From IMG/VR virus record IMGVR_UViG_3300012953_000012, positions 96,001 to 160,000 of that record: a stretch of 64,000 nucleotides of DNA. The stretch is one strand, 5' to 3'. Positions 41,001 through 49,203 of the stretch are shown here, piece by piece. Origin of the DNA: a virus. Lineage: Duplodnaviria; Caudoviricetes. Position 1 is the first letter of the stretch; each line of letters begins with the position of its first letter. A program made the translations under genes and the position numbers. The notes beneath the pieces are model-generated. The model ran no database searches, was not told the origin of the DNA, and saw only the letters and a list, made by a program, of their open reading frames with translations.

Positions 41001-43503
41001 TAATCCAGGCTGGGTGATAGATTCTGATGCCGTGTGGTCGGTCGAAGTGAGCAGCATCGACGTTGCCTACGACTCGGAAGAGAAGACCATCACCTTTGTG
41101 GCTTCCGCTGGGACCGTGCGGAGAGCCGATACCACCAGCCGCACCTGGTCCCAGTTAGTTGCGGCAGCAACGCCCGGCACCCGTGTCTCAGGGATGACCA
41201 CATTCGCCCTGAAGCAGATGGGGTCACACCTCCCCGCAAACAACCTGGTCGGCGGTGATTTCCTCGATGACGGAGGCATCGCCCAACCACTGCTGGGCGG
41301 GTTCCGCCGGATGTACATCGGCAACCGCAACGGGAACATGATCCAGCCCTACTTCGATGCTGGGTACGGGGATTCGCTCAAGGCGTTGTGGACGACGGGG
41401 GTCAACATGAGCCACGCGCTGGGGGCGGGAACCCCCGTCGCAGGTGATGTGGTGACGAACCTCCCCCGACCAGCCGACAACACAGACTTCTATGAGGACC
41501 CCAACACGCCGGTCTACGGTCGGATCTATGACTTCACCGGAGCCGCGATGGACCCCGTCGCAGGAGTGGTGCCCTCCCTGACGCTCTACGAGTGGCCAAA
41601 GGCCGTCTGGCAACTGCTCCACTTCGGCTCGCTTCCGGCGGGGCTCGACATCTACAGCGACACGGGGGTGGTGCTTACTGGGTCTCAGGTCCTGGACTGC
41701 CTGCTGCCCCAGGACCGCTTCACTTTCGGGAATGACATCGATCCGTCCGTGGCTGATCCCGGCTACTACGCCCTCTCAGGGGTGTTCATCGAGCCGTCGT
41801 TCCCACGCCCGGTGACCAACATCAACTCGACGGAGGCTAAGGTCACCTCAGCCTCCTACAACGGCTTGACTGTGGGCCAGATCGGAGCACGGGACTACAC
41901 GGACTTTGGTGGTGCGACCGAATACGAGCCTGTCCTCGCAGCCGTCCGACGAATCCGGCGGTTCCACGAGATCCAGGTAGACATCATCAACCTCATCGAA
42001 CCCTTGCGCTACGTCTACGAGATCCGGCGCGGGCTCGTGAACACCTACGACCAGGCAGCCCGCAGCCTGGAGGCACAGACCGGGTTGCTGATCACAGCCA
42101 CGAACCTCGGCTCGTTCGATGAACGGGACGTGAACATCAACCCCGGTGATGTGGTTCGCATCCTCAATGACGACGGTGATCTGGTGGACACCGCAGAAAT
42201 CCAGCGGGTCGATAGCGCCGACACCTTGATCCTACGGCGGCCTGGTCTGACAAACGCCGCGTTCCTGGCCGCCCCCGGAGACTTCAGTTTCGAGGTCTAC
42301 CTGGAGCAAGCCATCGTCCCCCACGAGCAAAGCAACGAGCAGTTGCTTGACCTGCTGACTCAGGAGGTCGTGTACACCCGGCGCGTGGACTACATCGACC
42401 CCACACCGGGCGCTGAGGACGGTGGTGAGGTCACGGTCGTCAACGAGATGAAGGACACCGGGGTCACCGACTGGGAGGCCGAGGGTGTCCAGGCAGGTGA
42501 CTACATCGTCATCGACCCTGCGGGTGATCTCTACAAGGACCAGGAGTCAGGCCAACGCCCCTCGGGGGACATGTCCGTCGAGAGCCGTCCTGCTCCGGGT
42601 CCGTACCTCCCCGGTGGCCCGGCGCGACTGGACGACAACCGAGGCTTCTACAAGGTCGATGAGGTCGGGCAGAACTCCGCAGGTGAGGCTCGCGACACGC
42701 TTATGGTCAGCGGTGTCTCTCGGTTCACAGACGGAGAGGTATTCGGGGATGGCGGCTTCGATGCAGAGTACGTCGTCATGCCGACCATCCACGGCTCCTG
42801 GCTCACGGGATCAGGCGACGGTCCCGAGGGTCAGCAGGACCTTCGGGTCACGGCTGGTCCGGTGGGGGACTCCTACACTGACCGACCCACGGACGACATC
42901 CCAGGAAACGATGGCTACAAGAGCATCACGCCCTTCGCCTACAGGATCATCCGACCGAACACCATCTTCTCGCAGGACACTGTGGAGTTGATCCTGTTCA
43001 CACGGGAACGGATGCTCTCCTGGATTGACGAGATCAACTCGCTCTGGAACAAGAGCGGCACCTACTACATCTTCCAGAAGGACGACCAGATCGAGGATGT
43101 CGGCTCGGACACGGATGCTGCTGCTGGCGCGGGCCTCCTGTCGAACCTGGTGGTGGACAGCCTCAAGGGCCTGACTGACGACACCCCCTTCGCCAACATG
43201 TCCGACTGCCTCTCAGTATTGGACCGGCGCTTCTGGATTCTCGACACCATGCTCGACAACGACGGCTACACCCAGTTCGCCACAGGAGGGTACTCCCAAC
43301 GGCCCGTGGAGCCCGACCTCATTGACGGAGCATTGAACACGGGCGACCTGTTCCGTGACCAACGGTACGGATGGATCACCTTCCGTGCGAACCGTGAGGA
43401 CGGCTCTATCCGCACTGCCACCCGTGAGGAGAACACACTGACGAAGCGATTGAAGAAACAACGCCAAGCCCTCATGCGACAGAAGGGTTTGGACAAGGCG
43501 TAG
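32029..43503 (+). CDS. giant (3824 aa) virion structural protein, baseplate/tail associated
   Basis: Uninterrupted 11.5-kb ORF, acidic and beta-rich, within the baseplate operon. Confidence 0.8.
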   Translation: MGFNLNGFVLRPARVASGNDPDTNEAVTGVDRDHILANDRSTPVANETTLESLGYDARPTGAAVLVEPYADMYRAAVLERPQDKQSTEQYCLFAATTGSLSTIEDTAMAIVGGTATADPIAGSLDVDGGAYTDGTLNFYIRDGGQRDISEVVSITILKGPVGGGALPTPVVCEGTTDASTGKFTLDAAAETALSGGYSEDRGDKVAATAYVLASPSFWWSRNDDDLTRFGWDGKTSRWLPLKGGAAQSLGAVLPDEGYKLVPPPTRFQVDDTLPGAATAPDAYALVRCGLYADADSTPLSILVVSDTAAQDGTWQSGGSPDWDGYNAVVGVTNGVLLLNPAFAGAQAGRTLWYNAESFQSDADGDLGVVADLPTGSNQGFPALSPVPGPTDRPFLRIGSRRYMTPIPVDQDEADPVAGLTGLPSPGSVPSGSFYWSKATGKIVLSAIDIAKCIPGSSVGDGDPADYEIPFLGARLYYDGVALSTQPLPLREAVPALNAAGNSLDGSDPVEDHTVPTDGAVYVPRAVCMPPPGVSGVRWEPDGTGDTPVVPGPSAVAVNEEPQTRPNGTGLVRRITGSARRTLYGDSFFFAEEYAYENTDVKEYNDDLNDFKFKVRKNEVEISRMVAPTQPAGGWTNTSRIQLRRRKVKGQPLYFRQAEVIPSVHADEARIYSRLAEPYYVAGTETLRFVIDGVVLTWLGSSLNATGTVADYTAQDVADSLNAVQAGIASTLRGRVYLRAASLTTGSVEIGWNTDPGDGSTDYKDLSGHAALGFLPGWRVDMADPDDRFRWLPDNGAYLGVFRSPVNMDRTASTPDIRAVGRVEDTPMITSINANPFVAVSPPPLLDVPGYTDVSHFEVVVGLLTIPMENYQTSLEVGVVYDWVNDRFIWCGEGKTNGKQVPYPTSMLQLDNVSVFPQTVSPLAMDAGTYGLNLRRATDVAGRTLPADFPVPEDLTGSDTTIDFLMPGDGGPGQALLVTPEGAEVASGGKGETASGVDVFLDPNVADQTDLYNAVEVGYLLHILSGDNEGIYTITLKDDTTGNAMFRVVPPFPATDTSTQWRIYEAKPRSAVDMTLLADVQQVTTSHFPENPFKVRTLTSVGQVEVTPLVANVADALASGRTVSVRLGLAPVAANERTVAYLKQGSNLGAIAASGLLCPDPTDPHLTLSGPDSYFQIRIGAKVYSTAAGNMTLNVGTANDDEVDVNTTTGEVLIGVNVVSDLAGSTVYYDQLFLASTDVPAGTCEIAPLDGAVNLSNQDLSDFATGTAYFVEQMVTDNDLDAKINPLNGSLLFMQPLRAMQIVEVNYFQADTNGDKKLDDSGNPIEITEFLPLMVTLETCAYVNDTEWTYNPTGRTLSTTVEPMMWVGSNLMNYAGVKNATAADGVLTITAQEADLLETDAATVVRINYGVLEAFGGETSYTVSKPPVFCKPFWIEADSDTFTLETDRTDDFQPGLLMLLGPVPLYINTSAYNATTDTTTVTVFPTPENEVGSRSPGGDASLTLSDFVVSTSRGGDTGFMPLLDTDPTTGTPLLESDKGQTTVSFYGDCRYYMKTDHLLEIGGYPYLIVNSEMSDDGYYTNVLLASPLYKQHDNSEEIRVSVRRVYLGPPVDFTGISPFLSTEEYDLFLMGSLDSAGSLLPGKVLVEGLDYTVEPNTGDVTFQAPSQGALQPGEYLHFRYTRLISVGPGVVEGAVVYPVYRAKYLYMTTPSVENRLLGAVLKGQYTYRSQDSFFFAVQALEEYLGEVSVISASQGVIPFSGGPTFFNDPGSDPNKQGSLGLRGGTVDAQDQDRAARVFIEFFNGVILAFEQVLEAIDGRIIGDRDGKFRFFIGHDKRYAPPGYEDAITGNLNQRELWRTIIDAWAPSAFAADDGYYRTKDYLYLPTTATVAEPTTRPGETSGITMDPVGFSVFTERQRRLIKNDMDDRILKGMGRPKVEFIVPLMFPLVRFKGNFDDMWEDHRFSRLFPTETEHFSRLFPGVNYDPDAGYAGFFTPGRDIEMPGPEPGETSVQTVRTFGQPNGSIANPALGEIPNIIDVSVKDRLPRGRVWAYYPNGFSGMGLTTTSACFVLTVVTMDQFPIDPATGFPDYAKLIDGASGDVYSIVSGNPDLATPAFEVGQRVNYGKPDGTVYSLSDVDGNGIFIKEVLAGCVITLATSDGLPSPTFTSVTGGSIYTDKDTLTRLGDVISPDDGYSDTVFVGNGVGVEIADEENPTTDELALLALSMPEYRQFFDISMRRKSGDLIDITFPGPDDNFFLNLQALFGQNAPDPLTCVEGSVRFINTESEPLQLPCLLGEDKDDSGDQQIPFLRGTPNEVSVLREIAPLLERLYADTPIPLPYAPAYYNDALGLGTVAAVEQQNFRAVYPDEVYIGDGAVYEEATYIGYPQNPATLYTANRLDEAAEEGAPAAGKGLGDLRRFDLLFSQVNQAVIDPNWKGMTGILDVGDVVYDASGSNTRASVEIPRFVSPCEKGLAHNYTLLGWAAYISEKDINPGEGFEVSAAVNPAPNIFTSELLFNSVTDMPDLSLLDPLMNGIPLPLVNNNAFVIRIYDPDPAATEAFIGAITLITGAGPTIRSYFYNHATATVTAPQVVVSPVYGPTGIEIQYDMTTTATPTDPLETVLGLVPGQRYDFRLDIDTYGSLSTANVSSVVFVGALYGSDSCAVLRDRLTFTEQLDFTMAKPRDYTTAAAAPAVAYEVGAQLNVAEFRANGVSGLTVNGMGEINGGSPLTFLDRYNTTPAFYVGTFDGTDGRLRAMSWEGHGNQPIPAEVTGVRLSSAPSSDGDQTGVILEGTFRFWDGDSSLTPTTTGVGSYVREGNRNYLTTVSEDSGVTTNVLAGDICVVTQNPSENGAVKTGSYLVRHAVPLGTDICEAASSNFGDARLLAARQGPLVTDPVPAVQAPSNQPRVDIGTGVASVPRAGQGCLDLAFPTVQTITDILQRKITLTNVVPVIGAATGCGWADPATVGSYRLYLILKDQYATYSDDADGGGNPGWVIDSDAVWSVEVSSIDVAYDSEEKTITFVASAGTVRRADTTSRTWSQLVAAATPGTRVSGMTTFALKQMGSHLPANNLVGGDFLDDGGIAQPLLGGFRRMYIGNRNGNMIQPYFDAGYGDSLKALWTTGVNMSHALGAGTPVAGDVVTNLPRPADNTDFYEDPNTPVYGRIYDFTGAAMDPVAGVVPSLTLYEWPKAVWQLLHFGSLPAGLDIYSDTGVVLTGSQVLDCLLPQDRFTFGNDIDPSVADPGYYALSGVFIEPSFPRPVTNINSTEAKVTSASYNGLTVGQIGARDYTDFGGATEYEPVLAAVRRIRRFHEIQVDIINLIEPLRYVYEIRRGLVNTYDQAARSLEAQTGLLITATNLGSFDERDVNINPGDVVRILNDDGDLVDTAEIQRVDSADTLILRRPGLTNAAFLAAPGDFSFEVYLEQAIVPHEQSNEQLLDLLTQEVVYTRRVDYIDPTPGAEDGGEVTVVNEMKDTGVTDWEAEGVQAGDYIVIDPAGDLYKDQESGQRPSGDMSVESRPAPGPYLPGGPARLDDNRGFYKVDEVGQNSAGEARDTLMVSGVSRFTDGEVFGDGGFDAEYVVMPTIHGSWLTGSGDGPEGQQDLRVTAGPVGDSYTDRPTDDIPGNDGYKSITPFAYRIIRPNTIFSQDTVELILFTRERMLSWIDEINSLWNKSGTYYIFQKDDQIEDVGSDTDAAAGAGLLSNLVVDSLKGLTDDTPFANMSDCLSVLDRRFWILDTMLDNDGYTQFATGGYSQRPVEPDLIDGALNTGDLFRDQRYGWITFRANREDGSIRTATREENTLTKRLKKQRQALMRQKGLDKA

Positions 43504-43543
43504 CCGGTAGTGTGGCTCTACGCCTTGTCCAAAGGGAGACCCC

Positions 43544-43777
43544 ATGGAAGACATCGACGAAATCAAGCGGATGCTGAAAGAGAGGGGGATTCCCTTCAAC
43601 GGCGGGTGGGGCGAGACCACCGAACGCACCAACATCGAGTCGCCCATGGTCAAGAAGCAGAAGGTGGCTCTACGCCGCCTGGAAGGCATCCTCCAGACTC
43701 AGTTGGAGCAGGACCAGGCGAAGGTCGCGGCGCTCCACGTCCAACTCCAACGCCTGAAGCACGGCGGAGGGTCGTAG
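43544..43777 (+). CDS. small coiled-coil protein
   Basis: GGGAG RBS and heptad-rich sequence. Confidence 0.7.
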   Translation: MEDIDEIKRMLKERGIPFNGGWGETTERTNIESPMVKKQKVALRRLEGILQTQLEQDQAKVAALHVQLQRLKHGGGS

Positions 43778-43780
43778 GGA

Positions 43781-46372
43781 ATGGCCGAGACACCCAAAGA
43801 CTGGATCACGGTACAGCCCAACCTTGACCCCATCATGGTGATCCCGAACGCGATCATCAAGACCATCGACTCGGTGCTGGCGTTCCTGGTCACTCTGCTG
43901 AACATCGCCAACATCATCTTGAACGTGGTCAAGGTGTTCCTGCTCGGGTTGCTCGACCCCATCCGGGCCATCATCGAAGCCATCATCGAGGAGGTCCGGG
44001 CGTTCATCCATGACCTGCGGCAGTTGGGTTTCTACCTCACTGGGGACTGGAACCTCGTCACCGTCAAACCTCTCCGCGCCCCGGAGTTGCTTGGCGGCTA
44101 CGAGTCCTACGAACGCCGGATGCTCAAGCGATTGCTGAACCGCAAAGACCCCGGACGCCCTGACTTCACTTCCCGGTCGGCGGTGATCGGGTTGTTCACC
44201 TACCTGTCCACGGGGGACATCTTCGCGCTGATCGAGTTGATCAACCGCATCAAGGCATTCTTCGGTGCCATGACCTCACCGAGCCAGGCTCCGCTTGTCG
44301 CCCCGACCGTCCCCGAGGCCGAGTTCAAGTCCTCGACCTCCATCCTGCAAAAGCCCCTCTCCCAGTTGACCGGCCCACCAGACCAGGTGACCCTGTCCTG
44401 GAGTATGCCGGGCACGGGATCCCTGTTTTCAGCGGCTCCAGGAGGCTTCCTGGTTCATATCTCCACCGTTGCCAACGGCTTCGGTCTGCGGACCTTCAAG
44501 AACGAGCAGACGGGTGACGCCGCGAACGTGGAGGCTCCCACTTTCCAGCCTTCGGTGGGCATCGACGGGACCAACGGAACGGAGTTGCGTTTGTTTGGGG
44601 GCGTCTGCGACCTCTCCACAGGGGCGTCCGACTACTCAGATGTCGAGGCTGACTCACCTCAGGCGAACAAGTTGCTCCTGTCGTTGGACCAGAACACGCC
44701 GATGGTCCCACCGTCCGAACTTGTGGGGTCAGGCACAGTGCCTATGGGGGCGGCCACATACTTCGTCAAGGTCTCGGGATTCAGCAAGGCGTTCCCCGGC
44801 CAATCGTATTCAGCCTCCTTCTCCTACGACGATCTGCCTCAGAACCCCGCTATCAAGGCGGACGGTCGCGGTGGGGTCGAGGTCACTGGCGAGGACTGCT
44901 ACAACTTCTACGCCCGAGCCAGGCCCGTCACTCCCGAGTACGCTGAGGCCCTGGGGCTGGACGGCAACGCGAAGTCACCGGCACTTGTGACCCCGACCAG
45001 CCTGAAGTTGAACAACTACGCCAACGAGATGATCACCTCCAACGGGAAGGCGCTGTTCAAGCCTCGGCCAGGACCTTCAGGAAAGACGCCAACGCTGTCG
45101 TCCGGGGAGATAGGACCGGCCTCAGCCCCGTGCGTCTTCAGTATGCCCACCGCTGCCGCGATGGACCTGGTCACGGCGACAACCGTGGCGCTGGAGATCC
45201 TGCTCCTCGTTCGCGTGGACCTCGTGGAGGGTGTGCGGCCTGATGATTGGGTTGAGGGGGACAAGTACGGAGGGGCGAACACCTACGCGATAGACCAAGG
45301 GACCGGTCTGGAGCCCCTCAAGGATCTCCTGGCCAACCTCAAGATCGATGACATCTCCCTCTTCTACAAGCAGAAGGATGCGAAGAAGTGGCGGCGTCAG
45401 GTCCGTAGGAAGTGCAAGGCAGCCGCAGCCAGAATGTTCCTGGAAGCCCCCTCGGAAGCGATGGCAGTTGCCCTCGCAGACGAAGTGAGGTTGCTCCTGG
45501 AGTTCAAGTGGTCCGACATTGACTCCGACTGGCCCGACAAGACCATCATTGAAACGATAGCCAACCAGGACCCGACCTGGGGGGTGGCCGCCTACCCCAA
45601 CGGGATCGGGCTTCCGAATACCCTGCGGAGGCTCAGGAGGGGGCCGTCAAGCGGAGAGGCAGACTTGTGGTTGGATCGTTCGACCCTCTTCCCCCCGAAA
45701 CCACTGCCGAGCGGGGCGGACATCAGCGCACAGTTGGCCCTCAAGGGCTACGGAGGGGCCTGGACGACCGGCTTCGGCTGGTCAGACTACTGCCCCGTCC
45801 TGTTCAGTGCCCCGGACGGCACGGCAGCGAATATGTACACCCTCCGCATCAAGTTTGTCCGGCGTTTGCTCATGGACTACGAGAGCGGGAGCCTGCTCGA
45901 CGCAGCGAGCATGGTCTTGAAGGTGGCAGCGGCGGCCAACTCTCGCTCCCCTACGGAGTCTGAGTGGATTACCAAACGGTTCCTCGACGAGGCCCTGGCT
46001 CCCCTCGACAAGTTGCTGGTGGACATCGAGAAGTTCCTGCTGGCCATCCTGGACGGGCTGCAAGGCATGATCGACAAGATCATCGCCTACATCGAAGCCA
46101 TCCAGGCCCGCATCTACCAGATCCAGCAACTCATCCAGATGATCCGGGCGCTGTTGAACTCACTGACGATGTTCGACCTGCCGTCCATGTCGGGTCTGCT
46201 CCTGGTGGAGAACGGCACGGATGGGATCACGAAAGGCTTGATCACCGCAGGGAACAAGCCTTCAGACTCGGCTCTCTCCTACGGCGGTGGGGTGCTTGTC
46301 ATGGCAGGCGGGGTCCCGGCGATTCTGCTTGAGATCCTGGAGTTGATCCTGGGCGGCGGGGGGAGCGAGTAG
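43781..46372 (+). CDS. hypothetical structural protein (863 aa)
   Basis: Amphipathic helical N- and C-termini flank a beta-rich core. In the baseplate operon. Confidence 0.75.
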   Translation: MAETPKDWITVQPNLDPIMVIPNAIIKTIDSVLAFLVTLLNIANIILNVVKVFLLGLLDPIRAIIEAIIEEVRAFIHDLRQLGFYLTGDWNLVTVKPLRAPELLGGYESYERRMLKRLLNRKDPGRPDFTSRSAVIGLFTYLSTGDIFALIELINRIKAFFGAMTSPSQAPLVAPTVPEAEFKSSTSILQKPLSQLTGPPDQVTLSWSMPGTGSLFSAAPGGFLVHISTVANGFGLRTFKNEQTGDAANVEAPTFQPSVGIDGTNGTELRLFGGVCDLSTGASDYSDVEADSPQANKLLLSLDQNTPMVPPSELVGSGTVPMGAATYFVKVSGFSKAFPGQSYSASFSYDDLPQNPAIKADGRGGVEVTGEDCYNFYARARPVTPEYAEALGLDGNAKSPALVTPTSLKLNNYANEMITSNGKALFKPRPGPSGKTPTLSSGEIGPASAPCVFSMPTAAAMDLVTATTVALEILLLVRVDLVEGVRPDDWVEGDKYGGANTYAIDQGTGLEPLKDLLANLKIDDISLFYKQKDAKKWRRQVRRKCKAAAARMFLEAPSEAMAVALADEVRLLLEFKWSDIDSDWPDKTIIETIANQDPTWGVAAYPNGIGLPNTLRRLRRGPSSGEADLWLDRSTLFPPKPLPSGADISAQLALKGYGGAWTTGFGWSDYCPVLFSAPDGTAANMYTLRIKFVRRLLMDYESGSLLDAASMVLKVAAAANSRSPTESEWITKRFLDEALAPLDKLLVDIEKFLLAILDGLQGMIDKIIAYIEAIQARIYQIQQLIQMIRALLNSLTMFDLPSMSGLLLVENGTDGITKGLITAGNKPSDSALSYGGGVLVMAGGVPAILLEILELILGGGGSE

Positions 46373-47173
46373 ATGCCTTCATTCTCTTACCAAGGTGCGT
46401 TCCGTGAGGGTCAGTGGCGAGCCTTCCGAACCTTTGCGTTGCGCGAGCGGCGGGACTTCTCGTCCAGGTCCATGGTCATCTCCACCGAGATGGAGCGCAT
46501 CGGGAAGATTGATCTCCTCTACGCCCGTGACCTGACCACAGGTGCGGTGACACAGGAGCGCATCGGGGTCGTGATCGAGAACCCTACCTCCAGCATCGGG
46601 AAACTCCTGACGGCTTACTGCACACTGGGAGGCAATCCCCTGGACATCAGCCTGTTTCTCTACCCCAATGATTCCGATCTTCCGGGGGATGGGTTCGCGT
46701 ACCCGAAGGGGTTCACCTACTCACTCCAAGGCCAGGAGCAGGACGCAGACAGCAACATCGAAAAGTACCAGCCCTCCCGTATCGGCGGTACGCGGGACAC
46801 CCCCAGCGAGGTCACAAGCGTGACCCTGGGCCTTGTGCGTGACCCCATCATCCAGGAGATGTACCAGAAGCGTATCCTCCTGGAGGAACGCATCCTCAAA
46901 CTGGCCGACCTCTACGACCAACTGGAGAAGGAGCAGACCTTGATGCTCCGCGCACAGGGTGTTGGGACTATCGGACAACAGGCGTGGTCCTCGGAGAAGT
47001 ACGACAAGAACCACAGCATCCCGTGTGTGGTGTTCCTGCTCGACCGGACGTTCCGCACGGCAGCACCTGACGGACGGGTTGAGGCCGTGTCCAATGTCAA
47101 CCTGACCAACCTGGGACCGCTGCCGCAGTTGCTGGGCGATGTCCTTCCGGGGGATGGGAACAACGCTCTGTGA
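46373..47173 (+). CDS. hypothetical protein
   Basis: Abuts the upstream stop codon. No family recognised. Confidence 0.75.
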   Translation: MPSFSYQGAFREGQWRAFRTFALRERRDFSSRSMVISTEMERIGKIDLLYARDLTTGAVTQERIGVVIENPTSSIGKLLTAYCTLGGNPLDISLFLYPNDSDLPGDGFAYPKGFTYSLQGQEQDADSNIEKYQPSRIGGTRDTPSEVTSVTLGLVRDPIIQEMYQKRILLEERILKLADLYDQLEKEQTLMLRAQGVGTIGQQAWSSEKYDKNHSIPCVVFLLDRTFRTAAPDGRVEAVSNVNLTNLGPLPQLLGDVLPGDGNNAL

Positions 47174-47176
47174 TCC

Positions 47177-47190
47177 GTTAGAGCGCCTAT
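47177..47190 (+). promoter_or_regulatory. TAG-N5-CTAT upstream motif
   Basis: GTTAG AGCGC CTAT upstream of 47216. Confidence 0.55.
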
Positions 47191-47215
47191 CGGGTCCTTC
47201 CTGGCAGGAGACCCC

Positions 47216-48196
47216 ATGCGCCCTGACCCTACGAACGTCGCCAACCGCTTCGCCAAGAAGTGGAAGAAACTGCCCCCTGGATGGACCGACGAGTCCGTCA
47301 AGAAGTTTTGGAAGACGCTCGGCAAGGGCACTCCCGAGCACAAGGTGTGGAACTGCATCGAGAAGATGGACGGACACATCCCCAACACGGGAGCCTTCTG
47401 CGGCGGCCTGGCCGACTGGCAGATGCCTGGGTGGCGAGAGAAAAACAAGAAGGAGTCCCCCGAGGCTCGCTCCGATGCGAAGTCCTACTGGAAGGGCAAG
47501 ATCAAGAAGAAGATGAAGGGGAAGAAGGCATCGGAGAAGTACGACTGGGAGGTCAGCGGCTACCCTATCGAGGAAGATCGTGGGGCGGTCGCCAAGTTCC
47601 GAGGAACAGAGCAGGAGTTTGTTCGGTGGTACAACTCCGAAAGGTTCGATGACCTGTGGGACGACATCCAGATTGAAACCTACGACATCCGCTCCAAGAG
47701 GAGGCTTGACGACTGGGCTGTGGAAAGAGGCCGTCTGGAAAAACTGGCTTCGGCTCAACGGGTGGCGCTCCGGTACGCAGCCCGGCACTCTCCTCCCTCG
47801 ATCATGGGATCAGCCAACATGCTGAAGCGCCAGGGTCTGACCCCGGTGGACGTGTGGTTCGGCGAAGTGAAGCCCCATCGACGCCCCATGCTGGAGTTGG
47901 GTGACATGGTGCAGACCCGAGGCGGTGATCTCATGTACTTCGCTGGCGTAGCCTCCGATGGTGGGGCCATCCTCGGCAAGAACGAGCGCGAAGCCGAGCG
48001 CCTTCACAAGCAGGTGATCGAGGACCGCAAGCACCACTCGTCACGCGCCGCGTTTGGCAGCCCTCTCATGCTCCAGCCTGACTACGGCCACGGTGATGCA
48101 GCGGTGCCGGACGGTCGCGTGCCTCCATGCCAGCAGGGATACCACCCATGCCAGCACGGACTCCCCTGCGAATGTGGCGGCGGGTGCGGCAAGTAG
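47216..48196 (+). CDS. modular hypothetical protein (possible polyprotein)
   Basis: Small domains joined by KKAS and KLASAQRVALRY linkers. Cys/His-rich tail. Confidence 0.8.
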   Translation: MRPDPTNVANRFAKKWKKLPPGWTDESVKKFWKTLGKGTPEHKVWNCIEKMDGHIPNTGAFCGGLADWQMPGWREKNKKESPEARSDAKSYWKGKIKKKMKGKKASEKYDWEVSGYPIEEDRGAVAKFRGTEQEFVRWYNSERFDDLWDDIQIETYDIRSKRRLDDWAVERGRLEKLASAQRVALRYAARHSPPSIMGSANMLKRQGLTPVDVWFGEVKPHRRPMLELGDMVQTRGGDLMYFAGVASDGGAILGKNEREAERLHKQVIEDRKHHSSRAAFGSPLMLQPDYGHGDAAVPDGRVPPCQQGYHPCQHGLPCECGGGCGK

Positions 48197-48256
48197 CAAA
48201 CACACCCTCCCCGTTGGGTATGACGTAGACAGGTCAACACTAACGGGAGCAGACCA

Positions 48257-48421
48257 GTGTACGAGAGCCGTGACCAGCGCCAAGAAGTCCAGGACTGGGT
48301 GGACGCCCAGTCCGAATGTCCCAGCCGAAAGGAAACCCAGCGACGGTTCCCTGAGATCCCCATCAAGCACGTCCGGGCCGCGATCCAGTCGCGCAAGGAC
48401 CGTGATGGGAGGGGACAATGA
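48257..48421 (+). CDS. small hypothetical protein (54 aa, not in ORF track)
   Basis: GGGAG RBS, GTG start, ATGA overlap with 48418. Confidence 0.6.
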   Translation: MYESRDQRQEVQDWVDAQSECPSRKETQRRFPEIPIKHVRAAIQSRKDRDGRGQ

Positions 48422-48999
48422 CCCGCGAAGGCAGGGAGGAGGCGACCCTCCTTCTGTTCGGGGTGGTGTTCCTGATGCTCTGGCAGTGTGACGAGCCTTC
48501 GGCGCGTGCGCTCCCTCCACTGGAGATCCCGGACACGGCGGTGGCAGCACCTGAGCCTGACCCTCCCGAGGACTTCGCACGGCACTGTGACGTCAAGCCG
48601 CCGGTCGGCTTCAACCGCATGGTCGAGAAGGCTGCCCAGGAGTCCGAGATCAACCCCCGACTCCTGGCGCTGACCGTGTACCGCGAGAGCCGGTGCAAGG
48701 TGGACGCAGTCGGGGCGGTCGGGGAGATCGGTCTGGGGCAGGTGTACCCGGCCATCTGGACCAAGGTACTGACCGACGAGGGGATCATCGGCTCGGTAGA
48801 TGACCTCTACGATCCTGAGGTCAACCTGCGTGCGGTCGGCTTCATCCTGGGCGAAGCCTTGCGTTACGCGAAGGGAGACCCCACCGATGCACTCCGAAGA
48901 TACAACGGCACCGGCCCCGCAGCAGAGCGGTACGCCCACGAGCAAACCCACCTCTACCAAGCCATGTGGGGAGAATCCCTCTGGTTCCGAGACAGGTAG
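48418..48999 (+). CDS. lytic transglycosylase (SLT family) with N-terminal membrane anchor
   Basis: YRES catalytic Glu, GEIGLGQV, LYDPEVNL, ALRRYNG. Confidence 0.9.
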   Translation: MTREGREEATLLLFGVVFLMLWQCDEPSARALPPLEIPDTAVAAPEPDPPEDFARHCDVKPPVGFNRMVEKAAQESEINPRLLALTVYRESRCKVDAVGAVGEIGLGQVYPAIWTKVLTDEGIIGSVDDLYDPEVNLRAVGFILGEALRYAKGDPTDALRRYNGTGPAAERYAHEQTHLYQAMWGESLWFRDR

Positions 49000-49005
49000 C
49001 CTGAC

Positions 49006-49199
49006 CCTGTGTGGCCCCAGCCTACGACCCCAGCCTATCTGCGACTGGGGAGGCTGCTCCCAGCGGGCGACACAGGCCCGGCTGTGGCAACGGCTGTGGC
49101 TGCCCGTCTGTGATACCTGTGCCGTGAGATAGCCTCACCGACCCGCCTGCCCCCGCCGTCTTTCACTCTTCTTGTTCAGCGGCCAGGACAGGCGGGTCG
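49006..49199 (-). ncRNA. candidate structured non-coding RNA
   Basis: Intergenic. 20-bp bulged stem with G-U pairs favouring the minus strand (49199-49139), plus a nested ~70-nt hairpin (49006-49076). Confidence 0.4.
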
Positions 49200-49203
49200 T
49201 TTT

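Noticed and set aside
43506-43521. GGTAG-TGTGG-CTCT as another promoter motif copy
   Set aside because: The CTAT half is mismatched or mis-spaced, so it was not counted.
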